64,000 nucleotides of DNA from Hormiphora californensis (taxonomy: Eukaryota; Animalia; Ctenophora). Positions within the stretch are counted from its first letter, which is position 1; each line of letters opens with the position of its first letter. Positions 10,358 to 21,682 of the stretch are shown one piece after another. A program made the translations under genes and the position numbers. The stretch is taken from positions 3,224,001 to 3,288,000 of the forward strand of contig CM035358.1 in NCBI GenBank assembly GCA_020137815.1, in the 5' to 3' direction. The notes under the pieces are model-generated. The model searched no databases and was not told the DNA's origin. It saw nothing but the letters and a program-made list of their open reading frames with translations.

Positions 10358-11935
10358 ATGTTTGTCCAGAGGGTTGTTTCCCACTCTAGCGGAGTCGGTC
10401 GGTGTATCTCGACTGTTCGCAACAGAGTGGGCCTGAAGGAGTTAGCGGACATTCACCGTCGAAATACCGACATCATCCGAACCAAACGAGATCGGGACCG
10501 AGAGGAGAGAACATCTAAACCGAATATCTCCACTACTGTTGCAGTTCACAACACTTTAGTCTCACAATCTCCTCCCCCGCTCATCAAATTCAACTTATCG
10601 TGTCCTGGGTGTGGTGCTAAGTACCAACACAAAGACTCCGATAAACCCGGTTATTTGGAGGAAGGGGTGATGAAGACTTGGGATACTATCAGTCCCGTAC
10701 CTTGTCAGCGGTGTGTCAGTATCAGTGACCTAAAGGATCACCGCATGTACTCTTGTACCGAGGAGAGGTTTAGGAAACTGCTTAAAAACATTGCCAGTAG
10801 ACGATCTCTGACGGTGATAGTGTGTGACATAGTTGGGTTTCCTACGACCCTCCCTCCATTCATCACAGATATCTTCCCCCGGGACATCGCCCCTGTTATC
10901 CTTGTGCTGAACAAGTGTGACGTCATAGCGGAGAAACCAGGGACACTGACCACAGTTCAGAAGTATTACAGCGGTGTTGTAGAAGCGTGGGAGAGGGTGA
11001 ATAGGTTCAAGTTTTCTGAGGTAATGTATGTTAGCGCCAGGAGTGGTACTGGTGTTCCAGAACTCTCGGAGACTATCCAGTCTCATTTGTACGGAGATAT
11101 GGGGCTGGACAAGTGCTATCTGATCGGTGCCACTAACGCAGGTAAATCAACTCTCTTCAACAAGCTCCAGCCCCTTCTCAGGAGGGATATGGGGTGTTTG
11201 GGCTGGGTTACTGAATCATCCCATCCTGGTACTACCGTCACCAATATCTCTACTGATGTGTCCCCTCCTGGAGAGAGGTTATCCGGTAAGGTGAGACGTC
11301 TCCAGGCCATCTTGGAGAGATCCTCCGCCCCTGACTATAATAGTAGTTCCACCGACTGGTTCTCTCAGCAGATAAACCACCAGCTGGATGGTACAGAGGG
11401 TAAAGCCCTGATTGACACCCCGGGTGTGCTACCTGCCAACACCCTCCCTGAAGCCACCTTTACCTGCCAAAACTCCATCCTCCGTACTGACCTCACAATG
11501 TCAGCGGGTCAGGTTCTCAGTTTCGGGTGGTACAAGATTTACTATGCGAGAGGGAACAACAACATTCGTCTTGCCCTCCATTCCTCCAGGATCCTGACAC
11601 CCCAACTTATATCAGAGAGTTCCGATAAGCGGGTGGGTATGTCCGATACAGGAGTGGCACTAGCTAACAAACTCTATCTCATCCACAATGTCAATAGGAA
11701 GCCAGGTCCGGTAGGGGATATAGTGCTGGGGAACCTGGGGTGGGTTACTGTGAGTCTGAGCCACGATGATGATGTTACGGTTGTGGTGCTTGGACCCCGG
11801 TTAGAGGACATCCAGTACAGGACACCCGGGTTGTTGCTCAAGATGAAGGGTAAAGGAGGGGTGATGAAGAGGGAGAGTGAGCTAGTTGTGGAGGTGGTAG
11901 AGGAGGAGTATGAGGGTGAGGGGTCAGCAGAATGA
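10358..11935 (+). CDS. NOA1: Circularly permuted YqeH/NOA1-family mitochondrial GTPase; intronless; probably continues into 11910-12899 across a 1-nt frameshift
   Basis: Zinc motif CPGCG...CQRC, then G4 NKCD, G5 SAR, G1 GATNAGKST, G2 PGTT and G3 DTPG in permuted order, and a C-terminal DIVLGNLGWV. ATG at 10358 follows the acceptor TTCCCACAG. Confidence 0.85.
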   Translation: MFVQRVVSHSSGVGRCISTVRNRVGLKELADIHRRNTDIIRTKRDRDREERTSKPNISTTVAVHNTLVSQSPPPLIKFNLSCPGCGAKYQHKDSDKPGYLEEGVMKTWDTISPVPCQRCVSISDLKDHRMYSCTEERFRKLLKNIASRRSLTVIVCDIVGFPTTLPPFITDIFPRDIAPVILVLNKCDVIAEKPGTLTTVQKYYSGVVEAWERVNRFKFSEVMYVSARSGTGVPELSETIQSHLYGDMGLDKCYLIGATNAGKSTLFNKLQPLLRRDMGCLGWVTESSHPGTTVTNISTDVSPPGERLSGKVRRLQAILERSSAPDYNSSSTDWFSQQINHQLDGTEGKALIDTPGVLPANTLPEATFTCQNSILRTDLTMSAGQVLSFGWYKIYYARGNNNIRLALHSSRILTPQLISESSDKRVGMSDTGVALANKLYLIHNVNRKPGPVGDIVLGNLGWVTVSLSHDDDVTVVVLGPRLEDIQYRTPGLLLKMKGKGGVMKRESELVVEVVEEEYEGEGSAE

Positions 11936-12895
11936 CTTGGTGTTCGAGAAAGTGATGTTCCAGAATGATCTGGAGGATCGGGAACACAACTTGATGTCTG
12001 CAGCAGCAGGTTTTGGCAATGTGATTACCCCGTCTCTCCCCACCCAACCTCTCCCAACCATAACCGCGAGAAAGTCAACCATCATGAAAAGTGGAGATGA
12101 TGAGGATAATGATTTGTTTGATGATTTGGATGATGAAAAGGCAAAGAAAGCAGCCGCAAATAAGAAGAAGGAGAAGGAGAAAGAGAAGAAAAGGTTGGCA
12201 AAGGAAAGGACTGTTGAAACACCAAAACAAATTCCAGAGCCCGAGTCATTTGAAGAGTTTAAAATCAGACGTCAGAAAGAGAAGGAAGCACAATATAAAC
12301 AGAGTTTGAAAAACAAAAAAGGGAAGTTTGTTCCAAGAGCACGAGTTGGTTTGATGGATAACGATTGGAAGAGGGAGAGTGAGCTAGTCGTGGAGGAGGT
12401 AGAGGAGTATGAGGGGGAGGGTCAGCAGAATGACTTGGTGTTCGAGAAAGTAAACAAAGTGGTGTTCCAGAATGATCTGGAGGATCTAAGTGATCTGGAG
12501 AATAGGGAACACAACTTGATGTCTGTAGCAGCAGGTTTTGGCAATGTGATTACTCCGTCTCTCACCACCCCACCTCTTGCAACCATAACAGCGAGAAAGT
12601 CAACCATCATGAATAGTGGAGATGATGAGGATGATGATTTGTTTAATATTTTGGATGATGAAAAGGCAAAGAAAGCAGCCGCAAATAAGAAGAAGGAGAA
12701 GGAGAAAGAGAAGAAAAGGTTGGCAAAGGAAAGGACTGTTGAAACACCAAAACAAATTCCAGAGCCCGAGTCATTTGAAGAGTTTAAAATCAGACGTCAG
12801 AAAGAGAAGGTAGCACAACTTAAACAGAGTTTGAAAAACAAAAAAGGGAAGTTTGTTCCAAGAGCACGAGTTAGTTTGATGGATAACGATTGGAA
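11866..12895 (+). repeat. Tandem duplication of about 500 bp encoding an acidic/lysine-rich tail (ORF 11910-12899)
   Basis: Units start GAAGAGGGAGAGTGAGCTAGT at 11866 and 12368. They are near-identical, with small in-frame indels. Confidence 0.9.
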
Positions 12896-13076
12896 ATAAG
12901 TTTTGTTGTTTTGTACTGTGTGTTTTGTAAAAGGTCTTTTAATTTATTATGGTCTGCCGAAAACTTTTATTCAAATACGAATCACCGACTCTTGACTACT
13001 CAATTAGTTCTAAGCTGCCACCCTCTAACCCACCCCCTCTCTCCCTCTCTAAGATAGTATCTTAGTAAGATACGAT

Positions 13077-14863
13077 ATGACCATAGAGGATACTACTAGT
13101 AAGATGGTTCCAATGCTAGAGAAACTGTGTGCGGAAGTGATAACCCAACACCCTGATCTTCCTGACCTGTCCTCTGCTCCCTTTCACATGTGTGATCTCC
13201 TACTGGAAACCTCCATCAATAAAGACAGGTGAGACAAACAGAGATCGGACCGTTCAAACTCTATCTCATGTATGTGAGCAACACACACGTGAACAATGTA
13301 CGCACAAACATTCTTGATTTGCCGAACACTCAACACATTCGACACATTACGGTAATGCCACTACAACCTGTTTCAGGATGGCTATGGTACAGCGATTGTT
13401 TGAGCAGTGGCCTCACTCTGAAGCTGTTATGACACTAAAACCTATGCAGTTACACTGGTTGAGGACACTGGCCTTCCTTGAACACCAGGGAAGGGTATCT
13501 AGTCTGTTGGAGAAAGTTTGGGTTTATGCTCCATTTGCAGGTAACGAGGGGCGGTTTTGGAGGCAATAGATGGGGGTGAAAGTCGGGATTTATTGTATCA
13601 AATGGATTTTAGATCGAAATTTATTTGAGTATGATATCCCCTCTTTCTTCTATCGTCCTGCGCTGTCTCTCTCTCTCATGTTGTCTCGTGCGCTACGTTT
13701 AATTCAGGATTGCCAAGAAGAGAGGGGACACCGTACCCAAGAAATTTATACAGTTTTGACTTTTGTACTGATCCCTCCCAACTTTATACACAGGTTACGT
13801 TAGTACGAACGTTCTGTGTTCGGCAGCTGTCGGTACCCTTGAATCCTACCCTCCCTGCAACATAACTGAGAACCACCCCGTTACCTACCACCATCCTCCA
13901 CCGAGAAAACGGCCCCGTGTAGATCACAAGAAGGGTCGCCGAACTCTCTCAATTCACACACCACTTAGTTTCAACTCTTCAAATATATCCGGTCTATTCC
14001 GGTATGTGCAGACCCGGCCAGAGAGAAGGAACATTAATCTCCTCCCTACTGCCCTCATCTTCACATCCCTCCCCTCAGTCAGTATTTTCAAAGCTCTCAG
14101 AAAGGTGGATCACTCACATTTGGGGATGCTAGGTATGGACTTTTGTTTGCAGCCCGGACAGGACTTGGACCAGGCAACAGACATGACAGTCATTTCAGAA
14201 CTAAAATCTCTCCAAAACATTTCTCTAACATACGATTACCTATGCGGGAGTGAGAAGGAACACAATCTGATCCGTATCATTCACTCTCTACCTAACTTAG
14301 CACGGCTGGACCTCAGTGGCAACAACCTAAAACACGGTGTACACCTGTACGCTCCACCCCAAATCAGGGAACTGGTCCTGGGAAACACATACGCTACAAC
14401 TGAGAGTCTAACACTGCTGGGCGAGAAGTGCGGAAAGAGCCTGGTGTACCTTAGACTCACAGATAACGCACTAGGTTCACGGGACAGGTTGAGGGGGTTG
14501 ATATCACTGTTAAACCAGTGTACACAGTTGAGTGCACTAGATCTATCAGGGAACCACTTCCCGGGTCAGCCCCACATTGGGTCCTTGTTGGAGGCACTCG
14601 ATGGAGTCAGGGAAACATTGGAGAGACTTGATATAAATGATAATCTGATGTTGGAACGAGAGAGGGGTGAGGTTATCGGGCATGTTGCCAAGTTTCCCAA
14701 ACTCAAATCTCTCCATCTCGGATCGTATCTACCTGAGTTGCTGCTATCAGATAGGATATTGGAGAGGGAGAGGAGGTTAATGGACACGGTGTGGGAGAGA
14801 CCTGATGTTGTCATGACGGAGGGAGTACTGGATTTTACTGCAGTTGAAATTGGACCTTTGTAA
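13077..14863 (+). CDS. LRRC14/PRAME-like leucine-rich repeat protein (3 exons: about 13077-13228, 13378-13540, 13794-14863)
   Basis: N-terminal BC-box-like VPMLEKLCAEVI, the motif LFEQWPHS (compare LVxxWP in PRAME/LRRC14), and RI-like LRRs LARLDLSGNNL, LSALDLSGNHF and LERLDINDNLM. Confidence 0.7.
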
Positions 14864-14992
14864 TTTATTGGGATTTGTTTATTGTGATTCTGTTTTTACT
14901 GTTTTATTAAACTGAACTGTTAATTTTGAGATTAATTTATTTGTTTTTATTTCGATTCTCAAACTTTATAACTTGCCGTCCTTTAGGGCTCA

Positions 14993-17742
14993 ATGTTATC
15001 TCCAGATACCTTTATATCAACCCAGTCCGCCCTTCTCGCCCTCGACAAAGCAGAGGAAACAGCACAGAACAAACTCCTATTCGATGGGCAGTCTCCAAAA
15101 GATCTTGAACAGCAGGGTGTCTGTGTCACTAAACTAGTCCCCCAATCCGTGGCAACAGGTCTCTATGGACGGAGGGTTGTTGTATTTGGACGAGACCAGA
15201 TGCCTAATCACAGCTTTAGTAGCGGTGATATCGCCTGTGTGACACATCGCGATCTATCTGCTATCTGTGAAGGCATTGTCAGTAAGTTGGGCAAGGCAAC
15301 CATTGCAGTAGCGTTCGATGTACTGAGTGAGGATGTTCTGGGGTTGAACAAGGTATGTCTGATAAAGCTGTCAAACAGTGTCACGTTCACCAGGCTGGAG
15401 AAGTGTTTGAAACAGATAGAGAAGGGTGAGAACCCTCTTATTGAGAAACTCCTCTCCTCCAATCCATCCCTATCTTCTCCAACTCCCTCCTCCACCACCA
15501 TGACACCCTTCAACACGAACCTAAACACTGGTCAAAGAGCTGCAGTTCAACTAACCCTCCAGCGATCTGATCTTGCTATTATCCATGGACCCCCCGGTAC
15601 AGGGAAGACTACCACCATAGTAGAGGTGGTTCGACAGCATGTGGTGCTAGGTGAGAAGGTGCTGGTGTGTGCCCCATCTAATATTGCTGTTGATAACCTT
15701 CTCGCTAAACTAGCCCCTACCACCCGAGTTATCCGAGTTGGGCACCCTGCCAGGGTCAATACAGAGCTCCAGAAGTACTCGCTGGATGCCCAACTTAAGG
15801 CATACGATGAGGATAATATCCTGGGTGATATCCGATCTGAGATTGATGCTACTTTGTCAGGACCGTTCAAGAAAGGTGCTCCTAGGATTGGGGAACTGAA
15901 GAAAGAGCTGAGGGAGAGGGAGAATAAGGCACGAAGGGAAGTGTTATCTAGGGCCCAGGTGGTTGTTTCAACTCTTACATCTGCTAGTCGGGAGGGGCCT
16001 CTTGGTAAACTTCCTAAGGATCATTTCTCAGTTTGTGTAATTGACGAAGCATCACAAGCCCTCGAGCTGGCCTGTTGGATGGGGATACTCAACAGTCGCA
16101 AAGTTATTCTCGCTGGTGATCATTGTCAGCTACCCCCAACTATCAAATCAGAGAGAGCTGCTAAGGAGGGTTTAGCGCTAACACTTATGGAGCGGTTAGT
16201 TAAAACAACCTCTCAACCTGGGGGAGGTGTGTGTGAAGCTGACAGAGCAATACAGGATGAACAAGCTCATAATGGAGTGGAGTAGTGGGGAGTTGTATGA
16301 TGGGGAGCTAACAGCCCACTCTTCTGTATCAGACCACCTTCTTTCCGACACTCTGGAGGATACTGAGCTCACCTCCACTCCCCTCTGTTTTGTGGATACA
16401 GCGGGTGCTAACTTGTTTGAAACTACAGTTGGGGTCTCCAAGGGTAACCCTGGTGAGGCCCAGCTAGTGGTTCAGTATGTTACAGAGTTGATAGAGAGTG
16501 GTATTAGTGAGCGGGATATCGCTGTGATAACCCCTTACTAACCTCCAAATAGAGCTGGTGAGGGGTGAGATGAAGGGGAGGTTACAGAGAGGTTGAGGTG
16601 TGCTCTGTTGATGGGTTCCAAGGGAGAGGAGAAAGATGCTGTTGTGATAACGATGGTGAAGGAGTAACGAGAAGGGAGAGATTGGGTTTCTGGCTGAGGA
16701 GAGAAGGATGAATGTAGCTGTGACTAGAGCCAGGAAGCATGTTTGTCTTATTGGGAACAGCCAGACTGTGAGAAGAAGCGCCTTTCTGGGTAGGATGGTG
16801 GATCACTTTACTGAACATGGTCTCGTTAAAACTGCATTTGAATTTGATGTAACGGTTGAGGAGGAAGTGGTGGTGATGGGAGGTGATGATGATCCGGAGC
16901 AGGAGGAGGAAACGAAGAAGGAATCATCTAAACACACTCCACAGAAAACTGATGGTCCAACGTACAAGATTACTACCCAACAACAGTTGGAGGCCTTTAT
17001 AGCTGATGAAGGTAGGATGGAGTTATCCCTTCCTGGTTTGAATTCCTACCAGCGGAGGATAGTTCATTGTTTGTGTGAGGAGTTAGGGTTAAAATCAGAG
17101 AGTAGTGGTTCAGGTACTAACAGGACTATCACTGTGACAAAGAGTTCTGGGGAAGAGGAGAAACCCGCAGATATACCTGGAGAACAAAAAACACCAGTTA
17201 TAGCCCCCGAAGAATTGAAACTTAGTGCTGATTCTAAAACACCACCAGAAGATCCAGCAATTATCCCTGACCTAAGTAGTCTAGTTGTGTGTAAACAGTG
17301 TGGGAAGAGGATCCCCTCTCCTAATATGGAGCTGCACCTAATACACTGTAAACCTAAAACATTCACCCCAACCCCATCTGGCAAGGGAAAGAAAGCCAAG
17401 AAACCAGTAGCCCCAAAACCTAAACCACCCAAACAAAACCTAGATCAGGATCTAGATGATTTCGCACTGCTGGACCAGGCAATTCAACAGAAAAACACTT
17501 GTATGAAGGAAGGGTGTAAGGGTAAGACATTGTCCTATATAGCACCATGTAAATACTGTTCCCAGTGCCACTGTACTGATCACCAGTTCCCAGAATCCCA
17601 TGGGTGTGGTTTAGCAGCTAGGCAGAACGCACGTGCTCCTTCTGCAGGATTTTCTGCAAGGAAACATGAATCTGCTAAAGGAAGGTTGAAACAACAGTTA
17701 CAGGACAAAGCTAAGGGCCGGACTAAAAACAAGAAATCCTGA
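14993..17742 (+). CDS. IGHMBP2: DNA-binding protein SMUBP-2 (UPF1-like SF1 helicase, R3H domain, AN1 zinc finger); intronless, with about five single-base insertions at 16220-16660
   Basis: IHGPPGTGKTT, VCAPSNIAVDNL, IDEASQ, GDHCQLPP, QYRM, ITPY(N)LQ, SVDGFQGREK, RRMNVAVTRA, R3H motif LNSYQRRIVH, AN1 motif CKYCSQCHCTDHQFPESHGC. Confidence 0.93.
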
Positions 17743-17957
17743 AATTGTTGTTTTATTTTGAAAAGTGTGAGAGACGAGAGTGTCAGTATATTTGTTCCTG
17801 TGTTTTTTGTGTTTCATTTTGAAATTTGTTTGGGATTTTTACATATGTAATTAAGTTAGTCTTCAAGCTTTGTAGGCCCGGTTCTAAATAACCCTCCTAT
17901 CTCTAGCCCCGTCTAGCAATGACATCACCATAAATTACAGTCCCTGAGAGAAAGGTC

Positions 17958-18856
17958 ATGTTCCTTATTTTACTGCTATCTGTGATCTTGTCTGTGAAGG
18001 GACTAGGACCGGTACTACTAAAGGAAAATGAGGCCCTCTTTCACGAGAGGTTATCAAATGGGGAGATGAAACAATACGTCCTTAGAGATCTGATCTCAGG
18101 TGATTATTGTCAGAATGACAAACTCTCAATATTGGTGTATCTCCCTTGTGATTATTTGAAGAGTTTGTCCCGTTTTTAACAGTAGAAACAGTTCATGTGA
18201 TTCTTCCAATAGATCTGCTCTCAATAACCATCTCTCTCTCTCCACCACTAGGTCAGGTGTATGAGTTAAAAGTCAGTTACCCAGCCTCCCAACCCTTTGA
18301 TTTCACAATCTCCTTCTCCTCCTCCTCCCACACAGAGGAGCTGCCTCAAAGGAAGTTACTGGATGTTGAGAAGGAGGAGTTCACACCAACATCAGATACA
18401 GTCTTTGTTAATGTGAGTTACTGGTCCCTGTGTAATGTGTATCGGGATGTAAAACAGCTGTTCATACCTTCATGGGATCCCGAGAGTGTCAGATTAAGGT
18501 GTCCTGTGACCTGTATCCTGTTTGTATTGCCATGTTATTCTGAAGAAGTCATTATTTGCCAAGATGTGTGAAATAGGAGGCAGGTTAGATACATGTTACA
18601 CACTGCAATACTCAACCTCAATGTTCATCCTCTAAAAACCCTCCCTCCTCCTCAGGTAATAGCACGAGATACCCAGCGATCTCTCCGTCCCTCTCCGCAC
18701 GTTACCTACTCTGTCATGTTTGAGAAGGTACACAATGGAATCCCTGCCCAGGCGTACAAGCTAATAGCCTGGTTGTGTGTCTGTCTCCCTGTCTCATTGG
18801 GGACTAGTTGGTGGGTGTATAATAACTGGTACTGTGGGAAGGAACATAACAGCTGA
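17958..18856 (+). CDS. Small type I membrane protein, possibly Pga1-like (3 exons: about 17958-18099, 18252-18413, 18656-18856)
   Basis: Signal peptide MFLILLLSVILSVKG, lumenal YELKVSYPASQPFDF...RKLLDVEK, C-terminal TM segment LIAWLCVCLPVSLGTSWWVY. Family assignment is from memory and tentative. Confidence 0.6.
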
Positions 18857-19222
18857 GGGAGGGATGATTGGTACAAAGTATACAAATCTGAGTGAAACTG
18901 GAAACTTTCCTGGATCCGTGGAAACTAAAAACAACCCGATGTCAGAAGAATTGACCAAGAACAAGACCTGAAGAAACGAAGAAGACAGCAAATATTTAGA
19001 TTGACTAATTAACCAACTTTACCCCGACTATTAAAATACCGTTTTTTTTTCATACAAAAATTTGCAGCCTAGCGAATAGAATCTTGCAGCCTAGCTGAAG
19101 GCTTAGAAAAATATTTTTTTAGATTTCTGAAATTCGGGGCACTGGGCATACATGATCAATGATCGTTGATCATCTTCCTCCTCCTTTACAAATTTATAAC
19201 AAACCCCATCCCTCATCTAGCA

Positions 19223-21682
19223 ATGGACGTTACCAGAGTATCATGGCCGATTATCTACCTTCTAACCGCCTTCCTGAAACTATTCCTTCTTCACTCCTAC
19301 TTCTCTACTGACTTTGATGTACACAGGAACTGGCTCGCTATAACTCACTCACTCCCTCTCAGCCAGGTGGGACATTGTGCGAGTATATAAAGCGGAAAAT
19401 TGCAGTTCAGACACTGGGGGAGTAGCTCAAATGGTAGAGCGCCCGATTCGCATTCGGGAGGTAGCGGGATCAATGCCCGCCTTCTCCACTTTTTGTTGGA
19501 ACTTTTTAGAAATATGAATTCAGTAAATTACGAGGCTTCATTTGGTCTTGAAGATTTGTGGACTATAATTTTCACTTTATATGATTTGGACAATTACCTG
19601 TTCACTGGATCTTAATTGTAAATTGATAAAATGGGTCAAATATTGACCTTGTCATTCAAAAAGTGGAGAAGGCGGGCATTGATCCCGCTACCTCCCGAAT
19701 GCGAATCGGGCGCTCTACCATTTGAGCTACTCCCCCGGCATGCAGGCCGTCATTCTGGGCTGGGTGACTCAGATTTAGTGCCTACCATTGTCCTGTTATG
19801 TGTCAAGTGACAGGGGACGCATAGAGAGGAGGGTATGAGCTAGCTTTAGCTTGTTACCAAAGGAAACTAAGACTTGTGTGTGTACAAGTATTTTATGCAT
19901 TTGTAGGTTGCCATAAAAAGTGGTAGTAGTGCACGCTATAAATCAGATTACTCGAAATTTCGTTGAAAATCTCAAAGTCACGGATAGATCACGCATAATC
20001 TTAGTGTTCGTTCCCGAATTTTCAACTTTATATGGAAAACTTTAAATTGTTTGCCTTCCGTTCCCATCTATGGTAACATGCATTTATGTAAACCTAATTA
20101 ATTAACTATAGTCTATGGAAAAGTACTTTTTGCATTTCAGTCACATTTTGCAAACTCTTCCCCCTTGTCTGTAGGGCGCGAGACTGATTCAATGGGGTGT
20201 TAACATTTGATGCGCGCGCGATCTCCAGAATTCTGTGATCACGTGACCTGTGTGCACCTACACAACTTTACACGCGTTTTAGCATTGTTTTAACACCTTT
20301 CCATCACACAACTAACATTAAATATGTTTCAGTGGTATTACGATGAAACATCACAGTGGACACTCGACTACCCTCCCTTCTTTGCCTGGTTTGAGTGGGC
20401 TCTCAGCCACATAGCTGCTCTGGTGGACCACAAGATACTGACCCTCCAAGCAGAACCCTACCACTCCCTCTCTACCCTCATCTTCCAGCGGTGTTCTGTT
20501 ATAGTATCAGATATTGTACTCTGCTACGCCTGTTACAGAGCCGCTAAACCGCTAGAGGCGGGTGTTGTTGGCGGTAAAAAAGTGGATAGCTGGACTTGTA
20601 AACTGTTGTTAGTTGGTTGTTATCTAGGTTGTGCGGGACTACTGATAGTAGACCATGTTCATTTCCAGTATAACGGATTCCTATCCGGTCTCTTCCTCCT
20701 CTCCCTATGTGGGGTGCTGGAGGGGAGATGGGTGGAGGGTGGCTTCTGGTTTGCTGTGCTCCTCAACTTCAAACATATCTACATGTACGTTGCACCTGTA
20801 TACTTTGTGTACCTACTGAGATGCCACGTGTCTCAACCCGGGCAGTTCCTGGGTGTCAACTGGAGTGGGCTGATAAAACTTGGTCTAACTGTTATTGGAG
20901 TTTTAGTGGCATCCTTTGGACCCTTCCTCTCTCACATCCCCCAGATTCTATCCCGGCTATTCCCCTTCCAAAGGGGTCTCTGTCACGCGTATTGGGCCCC
21001 CAATATCTGGGCACTGTACAATACACTAGACATCACCGCTACTAAAGTCCTCCAACTCGCTGGAATAATGCCAAGTGATGGTCAGGTGCACCCTCTAATG
21101 TCAGGCCTGGTACAGACTTCAGACTTCAAGGTCCTCCCAAACATCACCCCACTTCATTGTGCGACCCTGACCCTCGCTCTGTGGTCCCTACCCCTGATAA
21201 AACTTTTCAAATCTCCCTCCCCTGAGAGGTTCCTAAGGAGCGTGGTATTTGCAGCATTCACCTCCTATATGACGGGATATCACGTCCACGAGAAGGCCTT
21301 GCTTGTCATCCTAGTTCCATACGGACTAGCCCTATTCCTAGACTCCTCTACAGCCAAGGACTACCTGTTTCTCTCTGTTATTGGCACCTACTCCCTCTTT
21401 CCCTTGTTATACCAAGTCCAGGAGCTCCCTCTCAAGGTTGTAATACACATCATGCTACATTCCTTCCTTCACCCAGCCCTAGTATCCCTTCACGGAAGGG
21501 TGGATATGAACAGAATGGAGAAAGTGTATTTATGGGGTCTTGTGGGACACTTTATCGTTACTGAGATTGTGTGCCCTGTGTTGTTACCCGACAAGGAATT
21601 CCTGCCACTTATGTTGTACTCAGTGTACTGTGCAGTTGGTTTCCTCTGGGCTTATGTTAGAGTGTGGGTCAGTGTGTGTTAG
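19223..21682 (+). CDS. ALG8: Dolichyl-P-Glc alpha-1,3-glucosyltransferase ALG8 (exons 19223-19366 and 20333-21682)
   Basis: [82 protein letters not shown]. Confidence 0.96.
19416..19488 (+). tRNA. tRNA-Ala(CGC)
   Basis: Cloverleaf with acceptor stem GGGGGAG/CTTCTCC (G3:U70), anticodon arm CCCGA-TTCGCAT-TCGGG, a downstream TTTTT terminator and an upstream TATATAA. Confidence 0.95.
19664..19736 (-). tRNA. tRNA-Ala(CGC), identical copy on the opposite strand
   Basis: Exact reverse complement of 19416-19488, with its own T5 terminator. Confidence 0.95.

Noticed and set aside
16200-16710. IGHMBP2 as a pseudogene or programmed frameshift
   Set aside because: About five clustered single-base insertions, mostly lengthening homopolymers, with all motifs intact. 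This pattern fits low-coverage sequencing error. SAR1 exon 1 shows the same.
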